From NCBI GenBank assembly GCA_947167235.1, contig CAMVHF010000001.1, positions 5,675 to 69,674 on the forward strand: 64,000 bases of DNA, given 5' to 3'. Position 1 is the first letter of the stretch; every line of letters starts with the position of its first letter. Below the pieces are notes generated by a model, which searched no databases, was not told the DNA's origin, and was given only the letters and a program-made list of their open reading frames with translations. This stretch comes from an uncultured Alphaproteobacteria bacterium (GTDB taxonomy: Bacteria; Pseudomonadota; Alphaproteobacteria; RF32; CAG-239). Positions 1 to 11,345 of the stretch are shown here, piece after piece. Both the position numbers and the translations under genes were made by a program.

Positions 1-1428
1 CGCGTTTTTTTCATATCTGCCAAAATCATCTTTTGGCGACCGCGGATAGCCGTCATAGCCTCTTCATCCAACGCTCTGCCTAAATTATTCGGATCGGAAA
101 CAAAGGAAAGAACAGCCATTGTTGCGGCCAACTTAGATTCTTTGACAAGGCCCGGCGCAACAGTTCCCAATAAAGCTTCTTTGTCTTGCAGCATTTGTTC
201 AAAGGCATTAGGATCTTGATTATAAAGCTGTGTGCAATGCTTCATTAAATCGCTGTGCCTGGATGGATCTAAAGTTGTTGTCTGCCAATCTTGAGGTTTA
301 CGATTTTTATCGGCATTATTTTTGATGTCTTCGACAGCTCCTTTGAAGAACCTATCGACACTTTCTTCACTAAGGGTTAATTTGTCAATGGCTGCATTAA
401 TGCTTTGGAACATTGTTGCTGCATCCGGTGTACTCCGTCCGGATCCTTCCTGGCGACTTCCGCTATTTGGTTGCTGTGGCTGTTGTGTTGCTTGATTTTG
501 AGCAATGGCCCCGGTTTTAGGGGTTGGCAAGTAAGCTGTGCACAGTTTGTCTACGCCGCCTTCTATCCAACCGTAAACCTTTTCTAATGCATAGTTGATG
601 CCGGCTAAGAACCAGTCATTAAACATAAAATCGATAATATCTTGCTCTTTAACACGTTCGAGTTTGATTTTTTCACCTTTACCCGGATCCTCTTGTTCAT
701 TTGGTTCGATGCTTGCGACATTATCTTGTTGTTCGGCATCAACATTCAAATCTTGATTTGCGGGTTTAACCTGAACGTTCAGATCGTTGGCAGTGCCACC
801 GATTTGGACGGTTTCTCCCTGATTTTCCTGTGCAGATACATTTAAGTCGGCACCCTCATCGGTATGTTGCATGTACTTGACTGCCTGAACGGCATTGCCG
901 TCTTTGGCTTGCATCAAATCCGGTGAAGCAGTCTTAATAGCTTCTAAAGTTTGAAGTAAGCTCTCATGGTTGTTATCCAAAACATCTTTAAGTGCGGCGC
1001 TTTTGGCTTTTTTGGATTTAAATTCATTTGCGGCGATATTGCGTGCAACAACGGTTGCAAAGTTACGACCTGTTTTGGAATCGGTGGTATTGGCAAAATT
1101 ATTAAAATCTTCATCGCTTAATATAGGTTTACCATCAGGTCCTTGCTCTTTATTCAAAGCAGCGGCAGCATTAATAACATTTCGGATACAATCGGTTTTT
1201 TCGAAGCCGCAAGCTTCGGATCTAGTCATTTCTTCCAATTTACCGTCTTTCCCCGGCTTCATGACAGGTTGCGGAAACATTTGATCCGTTTTGTTTGGAT
1301 CTTTCAGCCACTGCGGATGAGCTTTTATTGCATCTTGAAGTTTTTTACTGTCCTCGTCAGTTAACGTTTCTTGTCTGGCGATTTTCAGAAATTCGGCAAA
1401 TTCTTTATCTTCGGTCTGTTCTGTCATC
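1..1428 (-). CDS. hypothetical protein, partial (N-terminal ~475 aa in window; C-terminus lies beyond window start). It has Gln/Asn-rich low-complexity stretches and no recognisable catalytic motif
   Basis: Hand translation of the minus strand from ATG (complement of 1426-1428) gives an open frame to position 1: MTEQTEDKEFAEFLKIARQETLTDEDSKKLQDAIKAHPQW.... It is absent from the ORF track because it is truncated at the window edge. An AT-rich gap lies upstream. Confidence 0.5.
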
Positions 1429-1510
1429 AAAAGTCTCCTCTGAGAGCAAAATTCTAAATTACGTTAAATATACCATAAAAAAACATTTTTGTCTACATTA
1501 TTTTTTTCGG

Positions 1511-2479
1511 CTAAACCTTCAATTTTTTCATAAAATTGCCTATTTCGCTGTTTAACCGTATGCCGTCTTTTGGCGAAACTTTAATAAGTCCGAAAAAGCG
1601 CGGTTTGATTTTGCTGAAATCAATAGGGGCAAAAATGGCCGGATTAGTTGTCAAAGCCTTGAATGCACCGTCAACATCTTTTTGGGCAACACGAAAATAG
1701 TTGGTAATCAGGCGTTCGGCATCAATCGGGAAATTCTTCTTTTTAACGGCTTCGGTAAATTTGCGTTGGCGTTCTTTTCTGGCCAGATATTCTTCATACA
1801 TAATGCGTTTGATATGCTTTTCTTGGTATTGAGCCAGCTTTGCCTGATAGGTCAGCTCGCAGCTTTCCATGTCGATTAAGATTTCGACATAAGAGATGAC
1901 GGCCAATTGTAAATCCTGATCTTTTAAAGTTTCGGCAAAATTTAAGAATTCTTCATCGGTGGAAGATGTCGGAAAAGAGCCGATTTCTTTTGGAAAAATT
2001 TTTGACAATATCAACCAACCTTTAACCAAATCATCGGTCAACAGTTCGCCGACGCTCGGTTTGTAATTAGGGTACAGATAATCAATAACAAATTCCGTAA
2101 AAAAGCGATCATTCAAATGTGCTTTTGCCAGTTTGTCAACGGATGTTTTATAGTTGATAAAAGCTTGAGCGAGTTCTGATTCTTCACTGCCGAGTTCCGG
2201 TGCCGACTCACTTTGTTCGACAGCTTCGCGTGCCTCGGAAAAAGTATCGGCCAACTCTTGTTCAAATGCTTGCGACAGATCCTCGTTTTCTTGCAAATCT
2301 TCGGGACTTAAATCAACCACTTGTACATCGGCATCCGACGATTGTTGTTCCGTGCTTTCCGAAGACGTTTCGGATTGTTTTTGAGTGCTGTCTTCTGTTG
2401 GAAGTTCGGAATTAATAAAATTATTGAGTAAAGCTTCAAAATCGTCATTACTATGGGTATTTTGCTCATTTTCGCTCAT
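1511..2479 (-). CDS. hypothetical protein with an acidic, Ser/Glu/Gln-rich N-terminal ~110 aa, function unknown
   Basis: 322-aa ORF. The complement of gaggtg is 10 nt upstream of the ATG. It is co-directional with and immediately upstream of the partial ORF at 1-1428, and divergent from rluD. Confidence 0.55.
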   Translation of the reverse strand: MSENEQNTHSNDDFEALLNNFINSELPTEDSTQKQSETSSESTEQQSSDADVQVVDLSPEDLQENEDLSQAFEQELADTFSEAREAVEQSESAPELGSEESELAQAFINYKTSVDKLAKAHLNDRFFTEFVIDYLYPNYKPSVGELLTDDLVKGWLILSKIFPKEIGSFPTSSTDEEFLNFAETLKDQDLQLAVISYVEILIDMESCELTYQAKLAQYQEKHIKRIMYEEYLARKERQRKFTEAVKKKNFPIDAERLITNYFRVAQKDVDGAFKALTTNPAIFAPIDFSKIKPRFFGLIKVSPKDGIRLNSEIGNFMKKLKV

Positions 2480-2586
2480 AATTTCACCTCTGAAAAATTT
2501 ATAATCTTTGCTTGCTTTAAATTATTATAACCTCTATTGTAACATAAATAAAGAAAATAAATGAAAATATACTTAACAAAGATAAA

Positions 2587-3555
2587 ATGCCTGAGGAAAT
2601 TATAACCATATCCGAAGTTTCGGAAAACGAAAAGAAAATGCGTTTAGATAAATATCTGGCGCTTAAAGTGCCGGATATATCGCGTTCGCGCATACAAAGT
2701 CTTATCGAACAGGGGAATGTATCGTGCGATGATGTTGTGATTGCGGACAATTCGTTCAAGGTGCGTGTCGGTGACAGTTATCAAATCATTATTCCGCCGG
2801 CGATTGAGGCGAATCCGCAACCGGAAGATATTGCTCTTGATATTGTATATGAAGATGACGATTTAATTGTTGTCAATAAACCGGCCGGAATGACGGTTCA
2901 TCCTGCTCCCGGCGCATACAGCGGTACACTGGTCAATGCGCTGTTATTCCATTGTGCGGATAATCTGTCGGGCGTCGGCGGGGTTAAACGTCCGGGCATT
3001 GTTCATCGAATAGATAAAGAAACCAGCGGCTTATTGGTTGTAGCCAAAAATGACTTAGCGCATAAAGAATTGAGCCTGCAGTTTGCCGAACATTCAATAG
3101 AACGTACTTATTACGCTTTTGTATACGGTATTTTATCGCCGTTAAGCGGTCGGATAGAAGGTAATATAGGCCGCAGTAAATTTGACCGTAAAAAAATGGC
3201 CTTGCTTGAAAGCGGCGGAAAAGCGGCCGTAACCAATTACAAAACGCTGCAGGCGTTCGGTAAAGCCGCATCATTGGTTCAGTGTAATTTGGAAACCGGA
3301 CGGACACACCAGATTCGCGTGCACTTAAGCTCATTGGGACACGCTTTAATCGGCGATAAAGTCTATGTTAAAAATAAAAAATCCGAAGTTTCCTTGCCGG
3401 CGGATTTGAAAAATTATGTCAATAACTTTCCGCGTCAGGCGTTACACGCCAAGAGTTTAGGGTTTGTTCATCCGCGGACACATCAATTTATGCAGTTTGA
3501 TTCGGAATTGCCGGCCGATTTGGAAGAATTACGGCAAAAGCTTGCGGATAATTGA
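2587..3555 (+). CDS. rluD: 23S rRNA pseudouridine synthase, RluA family (RluD-like) with N-terminal S4 domain
   Basis: S4-like N-terminus (LDKYLALKV..SRSRIQSLIEQG). It has the catalytic motif HRLDKETSGLLVVAK and a conserved C-terminal block GRTHQIRVHL. Confidence 0.85.
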   Translation: MPEEIITISEVSENEKKMRLDKYLALKVPDISRSRIQSLIEQGNVSCDDVVIADNSFKVRVGDSYQIIIPPAIEANPQPEDIALDIVYEDDDLIVVNKPAGMTVHPAPGAYSGTLVNALLFHCADNLSGVGGVKRPGIVHRIDKETSGLLVVAKNDLAHKELSLQFAEHSIERTYYAFVYGILSPLSGRIEGNIGRSKFDRKKMALLESGGKAAVTNYKTLQAFGKAASLVQCNLETGRTHQIRVHLSSLGHALIGDKVYVKNKKSEVSLPADLKNYVNNFPRQALHAKSLGFVHPRTHQFMQFDSELPADLEELRQKLADN

Positions 3556-3657
3556 TATTTTAAATAACCGATTATATAGTTTTTAAACCAAAGTACAGGT
3601 TGTCTTGTTAAAATTTCATTCTTATGATTATGCCGGTCAATCATAAGGAGAAATATC

Positions 3658-4530
3658 ATGGAAACATCTCTCAACGGACTTGACTTTACGCCGGAACTTA
3701 ATCTGGCGCGTTATTTACAAAAAATTCGCAAATATCCGCTGTTATCTCAGGAAGAAGAGTATCAACTGGCGGTAAAATACAAACAAACTCATGACAAACA
3801 ATTAGCGTATCAATTAATTACATCTCATTTGCGCTTGGTCGTAAAAGTCGTATCCAAATATAAAGGGTACGGCTTGCCGATAAACGAAATGATTTCGGAA
3901 GGCAATATCGGTTTGATTTATGCGATTAATAAATTCGAGCCGGATAAAGGATTTCGTTTTTCGACCTATGCTCTGTGGTGGATAAAGGCAACGGTTCAAA
4001 AATATATCTTAAATTCATGGTCTTTGGTCAAACTCGGCACGACGGCAGCGCAGAAAAAACTGTTTTTTAATCTGCGTAAAATCAAAAACAATCTGAAACT
4101 TACGGATGATCGGGAACTTTCAACCGAAGTTCTTGAAGGAATAGCCGATTTTTTGGATGTCAGCGTCCAAGAAGTAACCGATATGAATACGCGCTTAAAG
4201 GCTCATGACGGTTCATTGAATATAACCGTGGATAACGGCGATGCGGACGGCGGTGCCGAATGGATAGATTTTATTTATGACAGTAAACCCAATCAGGAAG
4301 AGCAATTCTCATATCGTGAAACGCTGAATTATCGCCGTAAGCTGTTTAAAAAAGCCATAAATGTCCTTAATCCGCGCGAAAAAGATATATTGTATAAACG
4401 CCGCATGAGCGAAGACAATATTACGCTTGATGATTTAAGCCGCATCTACAATATTTCAAAAGAGCGTGTGCGCCAAATAGAGCTTAATTCAATTCGCAAA
4501 ATTTCAAAGGCGATAGAATTAATGCAGTGA
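3658..4530 (+). CDS. rpoH: RNA polymerase sigma-32 heat-shock factor RpoH
   Basis: Sigma-70 region 2 (GNIGLIYAINKFEPDKGFRFSTYALWWIKA). RpoH box QKKLFFNLRKIK. Region 4 HTH LDDLSRIYNISKERVRQIE. RBS aaggag is upstream. Confidence 0.9.
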   Translation: METSLNGLDFTPELNLARYLQKIRKYPLLSQEEEYQLAVKYKQTHDKQLAYQLITSHLRLVVKVVSKYKGYGLPINEMISEGNIGLIYAINKFEPDKGFRFSTYALWWIKATVQKYILNSWSLVKLGTTAAQKKLFFNLRKIKNNLKLTDDRELSTEVLEGIADFLDVSVQEVTDMNTRLKAHDGSLNITVDNGDADGGAEWIDFIYDSKPNQEEQFSYRETLNYRRKLFKKAINVLNPREKDILYKRRMSEDNITLDDLSRIYNISKERVRQIELNSIRKISKAIELMQ

Positions 4531-4591
4531 AAGCATATTGAAATGCCATATTTGCTGATTATCTGAATCGCACAACAATTCGGAGGTGGAT

Positions 4592-5713
4592 ATGGCTTTT
4601 TTGAAGAAAAATGCGTTTAATTTATTAATTTTGTTGCTTCTCATTTGTATATCTGTTTGGGGATATAAGGCGTATAACAACTATAAAGAAAAGCAAAATC
4701 GTGTGTCATATGCTGTTGCGCAACGGATATCGGTTTTTGCCCCGCAACAGACGGATATTGTGGTAACACGCAGCTATATCGGCAGAGTCGAAGCTATTAA
4801 CGATACGGAGATCGTGCCGTATATCAGCGGTTACGTTATTGATATCAAGGCAACAGGCGGACAACAGGTCAAAAAAGGCGAGGTTATGATAACCTTAAAA
4901 CAGGAAGAATATTTATCTGCCGTTGTTTCGGCTGCGGCAGAATTATTCTCGGCCAAGGCCGAATACATTAATGCCAAAATCAAATATAAAAGGCTGAAGC
5001 AAGCCGGTTCTGAGGCTGTTTCGCGTACGGATATCGATAACGCCGAGGCGGTCTTAATCAGAGCCAAAGGAACTTTAGAAAAGGCTAAGGCGCAATATTT
5101 AACGGCCGAAACCAATTTGGAATATACATATCTGACGGCGCCGTTTGATGGTGTTATCGGTAATATAGCTACCTCTTTGGGTGATTATATTTCACCTCAA
5201 AGTACGCCTGTCGTACGGTTGGTGCAATACAATCCGATCAGAGTGGTATTTTCGGTTTCGGATAAACAGTACCTTAACGAAATAACAAATTCAAAAGATG
5301 ATTCGTTCAAAGTGAGATTATCTGACGGTCAGATTCTACCGCAAACCGGAGAACTTAAGTATACGGCCAATGTCGTTGACAAAACAACCAATTCAATAGC
5401 GGTATATTCGGAGTTCGAAAATACCGAAAAAAGGCTTATACCCGATGCGTATGTCAATGTTTTGCAGGAAAAACATTTCCATGATATTGTTTTAATACCG
5501 AAAGAACTTTTGCAAATGCGTCCGAACGGCGATTATGTGTATACGGTTACAGGGGACATTTTGCAGCTGCACAAAGTTGATTTACTGACTGAATATGACA
5601 ATAAAGCGGTGGTTAGAAATAATTTCAAACCGGATGAATATATTGTGGCTCAGGCCGTAGACGCCAAACTTTTGGGGCAACAGGTACAGATTAATCAAAT
5701 TTCCGGAGAGTAA
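4592..5713 (+). CDS. RND efflux pump periplasmic adaptor (membrane fusion protein, HlyD/AcrA family)
   Basis: N-terminal TM anchor, then coiled-coil and beta-barrel MFP architecture. The ORF track starts at GTG 4586. ATG 4592 has a better-spaced ggagg RBS. It sits directly upstream of the RND permease, whose TTG 5714 overlaps its TAA stop (5711-5713) by 1 nt (ATG 5717 is the alternative). Confidence 0.85.
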   Translation: MAFLKKNAFNLLILLLLICISVWGYKAYNNYKEKQNRVSYAVAQRISVFAPQQTDIVVTRSYIGRVEAINDTEIVPYISGYVIDIKATGGQQVKKGEVMITLKQEEYLSAVVSAAAELFSAKAEYINAKIKYKRLKQAGSEAVSRTDIDNAEAVLIRAKGTLEKAKAQYLTAETNLEYTYLTAPFDGVIGNIATSLGDYISPQSTPVVRLVQYNPIRVVFSVSDKQYLNEITNSKDDSFKVRLSDGQILPQTGELKYTANVVDKTTNSIAVYSEFENTEKRLIPDAYVNVLQEKHFHDIVLIPKELLQMRPNGDYVYTVTGDILQLHKVDLLTEYDNKAVVRNNFKPDEYIVAQAVDAKLLGQQVQINQISGE

Positions 5714-8700
5714 TTGATGTTTTCCAAATTTTTTATTGATCGTCCGCGATTTGCGGTGGTTGTTTCGATTATCATGGTCATAATCGGTCTTTTAGCCGTT
5801 TATGTGCTGCCGGTTGCACAATATCCGGAAATCACGCCGCCGCAGATTGTCGTTTCGACAACCTATCCGGGAGCCAATGCTTCTGTTTTGGCCGAAACGG
5901 TTGCCGTTCCGATCGAAAACGCCGTCAATGGTGTCGATAATATGATGTATATGTCTTCTTCATCGGATGATAACGGTTCCTATAAATTAACCGTGACTTT
6001 TGATGTCGGAACCGATCCGGATATTGCGCAGGTACAAATACAAAATCGGCTGCAGCAAGTCAATTCGGAATTGCCGGAAGAGGTCATACAATATGGTCTG
6101 GATGTTAAAATTCAAAACAATAATATGTTGGCGATGCTTGTTTTGCAATCGCCGCGCCATACATACGACGAACTGTTTTTAAGTAACTACGCTCATACGA
6201 ACTTGAAAAATATTTTTGCTCGCGTCAAAGGCGTTGGAGATGTACAAATTTTCGGTCCGCAGCACAGTATGCGAATTTGGCTCAATGCCGATAAAATTGC
6301 GTCATTGGGTTTAGACGGTAATGACATTGTGAACGCCGTCAAAACACAAAACGTACAGGCATCTGTCGGCAGTGTCGGCGCCGCGCCGAGCAACAAAGAT
6401 AATAAAACCGTATTGACTTTAACAGCCAAAGGCTTACTGAAAAATGTCGAAGATTTTGAAAATATCGTAGTTACAACGGCGGATAACGGCGGAATTGTTT
6501 ATCTTAAAGACGTCGCCAAAGTTGAATTGGGTGCTGATATTTATAATGTAAAATCTCTGTATAATAATTCACCGGCATTAATTATGGCCATCAATCAAAT
6601 GCCGAACTCCAATTCGTTGCAAATTATGGATAATATTCGGCAGAAAATCGCCGAACTTGCACAAAAAATGCCCGATGATATGGAACTTAAAGTTGCCTAT
6701 GATGCGACTGACTATGTTCGCGCTTCCAATCAAAGTATTTTAGATACGTTGATGATAACTTTTTTATTAGTCGTATTGGTAACTTATGTTTTTTTGCAAA
6801 AATGGAAAACAACACTTATTCCGCTTCTGACTATTCCCGTTTCTTTAATTGCAACTTTTGCCGTTATTTATGCTTTAGGATTTAATATTAATATACTGAC
6901 ACTGTTTGCCGTGATTTTAGCCATCGGTTTGGTTGTGGATGATGCCATTATTGTGGTCGAGCGTGTTCAATATCTGATAGTGTATGAAAAGAAAACATCC
7001 TATCAGGCAGCAGTGGAAGCCATGCGGCAAATCGGCAGTGCCGTTATTGCGACAACATTCGTATTGCTGGCAATATTTGTGCCGGTAGCTCTGATGGGCG
7101 GTATTACCGGTAAAATTTATCAGCAATTTGCCGTAACGATTGCAACGGCCGTTTCCTTTTCATCATTGAATGCGCTGACACTCAGTCCGGCACTTTGCGC
7201 GATTTTTCTGTCAGATAAACACAATAATGCCGTAAAAGAAGCATTTTTTCGCAAATTCGATGAATTTTTGGATTTCAGCCGTGATTATTATTTAAAAATC
7301 GTCAAAAAACTTGTTTCATCATTGCCGTTGACTGTCTTATTGACATTGTTAACGATTTTACTGATTATAATCGGCTTTGTTCGCACCCCGACATCATTTT
7401 TACCGGAAGAAGATCAAGGTATTATTTTTGCCAATGTCCAACTTGATGATACGGCCGGTATTAATGCCACAGATGAAATTTTGCAAAAGATGTCGGAGAA
7501 AATTTTGCATGAAGCCGGTGTAAACTATTTTATTTCGGTTGCCGGATACAGTTTACTCGGCGGTGGCGGTGAGAATGTAGCGCTCGGCGTTGTCGGACTT
7601 GCCGAATGGGACAAGCGAAAGAGTAAAGCGTTATCACTAAACGGTATTAAGCAAAATATCGTGACCAAGCTCGATAATATTAAATCGGCACAGATAAATT
7701 TTTTTGCACCGCCGGCAATTCCTGGTGTCGGACAAAGTGACGGCATTACTTTAGAGTTTTTAACGACCGATAACAATATTTCGCCGTCGGCATTATCGGC
7801 CGAATTGCAAAAATATTTGCAAAAAATCAATAACGATAAAGATTTTAGCTACGCTTTTACGACATTTACAGCCGAAACGCCGCATATTTTGCTGGATGTG
7901 GACAGGAAAAAAGCCGAATATTACCAAGTTCCGGTTTCGGAATTGTTTGGAACTTTGCAAAATAATGTCGGTTCACGCTACATTAATAATTTTACACTCG
8001 GCGGATTAACCAATAAGGTTATTATGCAGGCCGATTATAAGTATCGGCAGAATATTGAAGCCGTTAATAATTTATATGTGCGGGCGAGCAACGGCGGATT
8101 AATCCGAATAGACAGTTTTGCCGATATAAAAACAGAGCTTTCGCCTAAAATCATATATCGCTTTAATCAATATACGGCAGCAGGTATAACGGCGATGCCG
8201 GCTGATAATGTCGGCAGCGGCACGGCCTTAGAGAGGTTGAAACAATTAAGTGCCGAATTACCGAATGAATACAATATTTCTTGGACGGGATTAAGCTTAC
8301 AAGAAGTCGAAACACAAGGACAAGCCGTAATTTTAATATTGCTTGCGGTATTGTTTTGTTACTTGTTTTTGGTGGCGTTGTACGAAAGTTGGTTGTTGGC
8401 TTTATCGGTTATATTTTCGACGATTTTTGCCATTCTGGGAGCTTTAATCGGTTTGTATGTTATGGGGCAATCACTCAGTATTTACGCGCAACTCGGTTTG
8501 ATAATGCTTATAGGTTTGGCCGCTAAAAATGCCATTTTGATTGTTGAATTTACCAAAATGTATCATGACGGCGGTATGAGCATTATCGAGGCAGCCTGCA
8601 AAGGTGCCGAAGAACGGTATCGAGCTGTTTTGATGACGGCATTTACATTTATTTTGGGTGTTTTTCCGATGATTATCGCGACGGGAGCCGGTGCCGGTTC

Positions 8701-8842
8701 ACAAATTGCCATCGGTTCTTCGGTTTTTTACGGTATGATTTTTGCAACATGTATCGGTATAGTCTTTATTCCGGCGCAATTTGCCGTTTTTGAAAGTCTG
8801 GCGGAATATTTTGCACCGCAAAAAGGAGGCAAGAATGCGTAA
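5714..8842 (+). CDS. RND efflux permease, AcrB/AcrD/MexB hydrophobe-amphiphile efflux family
   Basis: 1042 aa with 12-TM RND topology and two large periplasmic loops. Conserved N-terminal block [21 protein letters not shown]. The ORF track starts at TTG 5714; ATG 5717 is the alternative start. Confidence 0.9.
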   Translation: MMFSKFFIDRPRFAVVVSIIMVIIGLLAVYVLPVAQYPEITPPQIVVSTTYPGANASVLAETVAVPIENAVNGVDNMMYMSSSSDDNGSYKLTVTFDVGTDPDIAQVQIQNRLQQVNSELPEEVIQYGLDVKIQNNNMLAMLVLQSPRHTYDELFLSNYAHTNLKNIFARVKGVGDVQIFGPQHSMRIWLNADKIASLGLDGNDIVNAVKTQNVQASVGSVGAAPSNKDNKTVLTLTAKGLLKNVEDFENIVVTTADNGGIVYLKDVAKVELGADIYNVKSLYNNSPALIMAINQMPNSNSLQIMDNIRQKIAELAQKMPDDMELKVAYDATDYVRASNQSILDTLMITFLLVVLVTYVFLQKWKTTLIPLLTIPVSLIATFAVIYALGFNINILTLFAVILAIGLVVDDAIIVVERVQYLIVYEKKTSYQAAVEAMRQIGSAVIATTFVLLAIFVPVALMGGITGKIYQQFAVTIATAVSFSSLNALTLSPALCAIFLSDKHNNAVKEAFFRKFDEFLDFSRDYYLKIVKKLVSSLPLTVLLTLLTILLIIIGFVRTPTSFLPEEDQGIIFANVQLDDTAGINATDEILQKMSEKILHEAGVNYFISVAGYSLLGGGGENVALGVVGLAEWDKRKSKALSLNGIKQNIVTKLDNIKSAQINFFAPPAIPGVGQSDGITLEFLTTDNNISPSALSAELQKYLQKINNDKDFSYAFTTFTAETPHILLDVDRKKAEYYQVPVSELFGTLQNNVGSRYINNFTLGGLTNKVIMQADYKYRQNIEAVNNLYVRASNGGLIRIDSFADIKTELSPKIIYRFNQYTAAGITAMPADNVGSGTALERLKQLSAELPNEYNISWTGLSLQEVETQGQAVILILLAVLFCYLFLVALYESWLLALSVIFSTIFAILGALIGLYVMGQSLSIYAQLGLIMLIGLAAKNAILIVEFTKMYHDGGMSIIEAACKGAEERYRAVLMTAFTFILGVFPMIIATGAGAGSQIAIGSSVFYGMIFATCIGIVFIPAQFAVFESLAEYFAPQKGGKNA

Positions 8843-10217
8843 ATCGGTTTTGATCATGTGTTTCGGTGTTGTCGCTTGCACGGTTGGTCCCGACTATGAA
8901 TCCCTAAATATTTATCCTGATGAAATGATACAATCGGAATTAAAATTGCAGCCTGAAATATCCGAAAGGCATCTATGGTACGATTTTTTTGCCGATCCGC
9001 AGTTGAAAGAGCTGATCGATAAAGGATTATCCGCCAATGTCGATGTGCAAACGGCAATATTGCGCTTAAAACAGGCTCGAATTACCAAAGCCGTTAATCA
9101 GACGGATTATTGGCCGCAGATTAATCTGACCGGCGGATATCAATATGAAAAAGCCAGCAAAAATATAGGACCGGCCGCAGATTCGGATTATTTTTCTGCG
9201 GGTTTTGATGCCGCATGGGAAATAGATATTTGGGGCAAAGGTCGCCGACAGGCTGAAGCCGACGAGGCAGTTATCAAGATGCAAAAATACGATATAGAGA
9301 ATGTTAAATTGGTCGTAACGGCCGAAATTATCATAAACTATGTCAAATTGGCACAAAATCTCGAAAAGTTGCATGCCGCACAAAAAAATGTAAATTTACA
9401 AAAGAAATTACTGGATATTGTATCTGTCAAATATAAAAACGGGCTTGTTAGTGAAACCGATTATAATCAGGCACGATATCTTGTAAATACGACCACCGCA
9501 CAAATTCCCGAGTTTTCGGGGCAAGTTGAGCAATATAAAAATGCCTTGGCGGTTTTGCTGGATACTTTACCGTCACATTTGAACCTTAATACAAATGAAA
9601 TTAAAATCTTAAAGGCACATCCGCGCTTTAAGGATGATGCAATGTATGATTTGCCGGCTGATATTATTCGTCGCCGACCGGATGTTGCGGCTGCCGAGCA
9701 AAACCTTATACAACAAAATGCCCTTATCGGCAAGGCAGTAGCCAAATTATATCCGGCAGTAAACCTTTCGGCATTGTGGGGGTATGCCGCGAAAAATAAC
9801 GGTGATTTATTTAATTCGTCAAGCCAAACGTACAGCTACACGCCGACAGCGGTTCTGCCGCTTTTGGATTGGAACAAACTGCAAAACAATATTAAATTAC
9901 AAAAATTGCTTAAGGAAGAAGCCTATCTGAACTATAAAAGCACCGTAACTCAAGCCGTTAATGAGTTAAAAAATGCCATGACAAATTATAAAAACAGCAT
10001 CAAAATAAATCAACAACAGGCTCAAGCATTGTCGGAAATGCGCAAAAATTCGGAATTAAAATTAAAGCAATACGAAAGCGGTCTGACGGATTTTACCGAT
10101 GTCTTGCTGGCGCGACAAAATGTTATCGCTGCCGAGAATACATATATTGACGGTCAAAGTTTAATCTGTCAAAACATTGCGGCTTACTATAAAGCCATCG
10201 GCGTATTTTACCAATAA
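8835..10217 (+). CDS. outer-membrane efflux lipoprotein (NodT/OprM family outer membrane factor)
   Basis: Start re-called at ATG 8835 (aaaaggagg RBS). The ATG overlaps the permease stop as ATGCGTAA. Lipobox at CFGVVAC. OMF repeats are present. The ORF-track start 8781 lies inside the permease. Confidence 0.85.
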   Translation: MRKSVLIMCFGVVACTVGPDYESLNIYPDEMIQSELKLQPEISERHLWYDFFADPQLKELIDKGLSANVDVQTAILRLKQARITKAVNQTDYWPQINLTGGYQYEKASKNIGPAADSDYFSAGFDAAWEIDIWGKGRRQAEADEAVIKMQKYDIENVKLVVTAEIIINYVKLAQNLEKLHAAQKNVNLQKKLLDIVSVKYKNGLVSETDYNQARYLVNTTTAQIPEFSGQVEQYKNALAVLLDTLPSHLNLNTNEIKILKAHPRFKDDAMYDLPADIIRRRPDVAAAEQNLIQQNALIGKAVAKLYPAVNLSALWGYAAKNNGDLFNSSSQTYSYTPTAVLPLLDWNKLQNNIKLQKLLKEEAYLNYKSTVTQAVNELKNAMTNYKNSIKINQQQAQALSEMRKNSELKLKQYESGLTDFTDVLLARQNVIAAENTYIDGQSLICQNIAAYYKAIGVFYQ

Positions 10218-10669
10218 TTAGGCCGTTCAAGGAAGTTTTGATCCGAAGGTTTTTGCGGTTTGTAAACAAATAAATTGGTTGTCGACGGAATGTCGTATGT
10301 TCGATGCCAATAACCTTTTCCTTCCATACACAGACGATAGTCGCGCGGATTTGAATCAGCCGAATCACGAATAGAGTTGACAAGCAGCGGCGAAGCACCG
10401 CGGTACGGAACATAGCTTGCCCAAATACCTTTTTCTTTATGCCAGTCGACGTGAATATCATAACGATACTCTTCACTGTAAAATAAGCTCTTAAAATTAG
10501 GCCAATGAAACCAACCTTCGGCTTCACGCAAGCATTCGGAATGATCGCGTGAAAATTTTGCCACACCGGTATTTTCACGTTCCCAGTTATAAATAATCTG
10601 TCCTTTCCCGCCCCATGTCGAGCAGGCGGTTAAAAATAACAATAAAAATGCACTGATTAATTTTTTCAT
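10208..10669 (-). CDS. small lipoprotein of unknown function
   Basis: 153 aa, signal peptide plus lipobox MKKLISAFLLLFLTAC. Trp/Tyr-rich mature part. Confidence 0.5.
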   Translation of the reverse strand: MKKLISAFLLLFLTACSTWGGKGQIIYNWERENTGVAKFSRDHSECLREAEGWFHWPNFKSLFYSEEYRYDIHVDWHKEKGIWASYVPYRGASPLLVNSIRDSADSNPRDYRLCMEGKGYWHRTYDIPSTTNLFVYKPQKPSDQNFLERPNYW

Positions 10670-10670
10670 A

Positions 10671-11336
10671 CTAAAAATCCAGATCTGTATAGTGGTTGGA
10701 CGGGTAAATGCCTTTTATCCGGTCATTAAGAATTTCCTTAAAGCTCGGACGTGACTTTATTTTGGAATACCATAATTTTGCATTTTTATAATCTTCCCAT
10801 GGCACATCGCCAAGATAGTCTATGATGGAGAGCTGTGCTGCAGCACTGATATCGGCCAAAGAAAAATCACTGCCGACCAGATAATTGTTGCGTTCGACAA
10901 TCCAGTCAATATATTCCAAATGAAAGCGCAAATTATTAATACCTGCCTTAATACGCTTAGATTCGGGCGGTTGGTGCAAAGCAAAGCGCTTATAAATTTT
11001 TTCACCGGCAATATACTGATAAACTTCACGATAAAACTTATTGTCAAACCAATCGATAAGGCGTCTGATTTCGGCACGATCTTTATTGCTGCCGCTGATC
11101 ATTCGGTTTTGAGAATAGGTTTCTTCCAGAAATTCCGTAATGGCGTAATTACCCGAGATAATATTTCCGTCGTAAATAAATACCGGTAATTCTCCTGCCG
11201 GATTTATTTTCATAATATCCTTTGATAATGCCCATGGTATTTCTTCTTTTAAAACAAACAGCATCTTCTTTTCGGCCATTAAAATCCGAACTTTACGACT
11301 GTGCGGCGAAATGCTGCTGTGTACTAAAAGAACCAT
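10671..11336 (-). CDS. glutathione S-transferase family protein (SspA-like)
   Basis: Thioredoxin-like GST N-domain (SPHSRKVRILMAEK...INPAGELPVFIYDG..ISGNYAITEFLEE) and a helical C-domain. Confidence 0.7.
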   Translation of the reverse strand: MVLLVHSSISPHSRKVRILMAEKKMLFVLKEEIPWALSKDIMKINPAGELPVFIYDGNIISGNYAITEFLEETYSQNRMISGSNKDRAEIRRLIDWFDNKFYREVYQYIAGEKIYKRFALHQPPESKRIKAGINNLRFHLEYIDWIVERNNYLVGSDFSLADISAAAQLSIIDYLGDVPWEDYKNAKLWYSKIKSRPSFKEILNDRIKGIYPSNHYTDLDF

Positions 11337-11345
11337 ATTGCCTCC

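Noticed and set aside
8781-8834. ORF-track start of the outer-membrane factor ([18 protein letters not shown]...)
   Set aside because: It lies inside the RND permease. ATG 8835 has an aaaaggagg RBS and begins the signal peptide and lipobox.
10123-10578. 151-aa minus-strand ORF overlapping the lipoprotein and OMF ends
   Set aside because: Out of frame with and overlapped by the 153-aa lipoprotein gene, which has a signal peptide and lipobox. No support.
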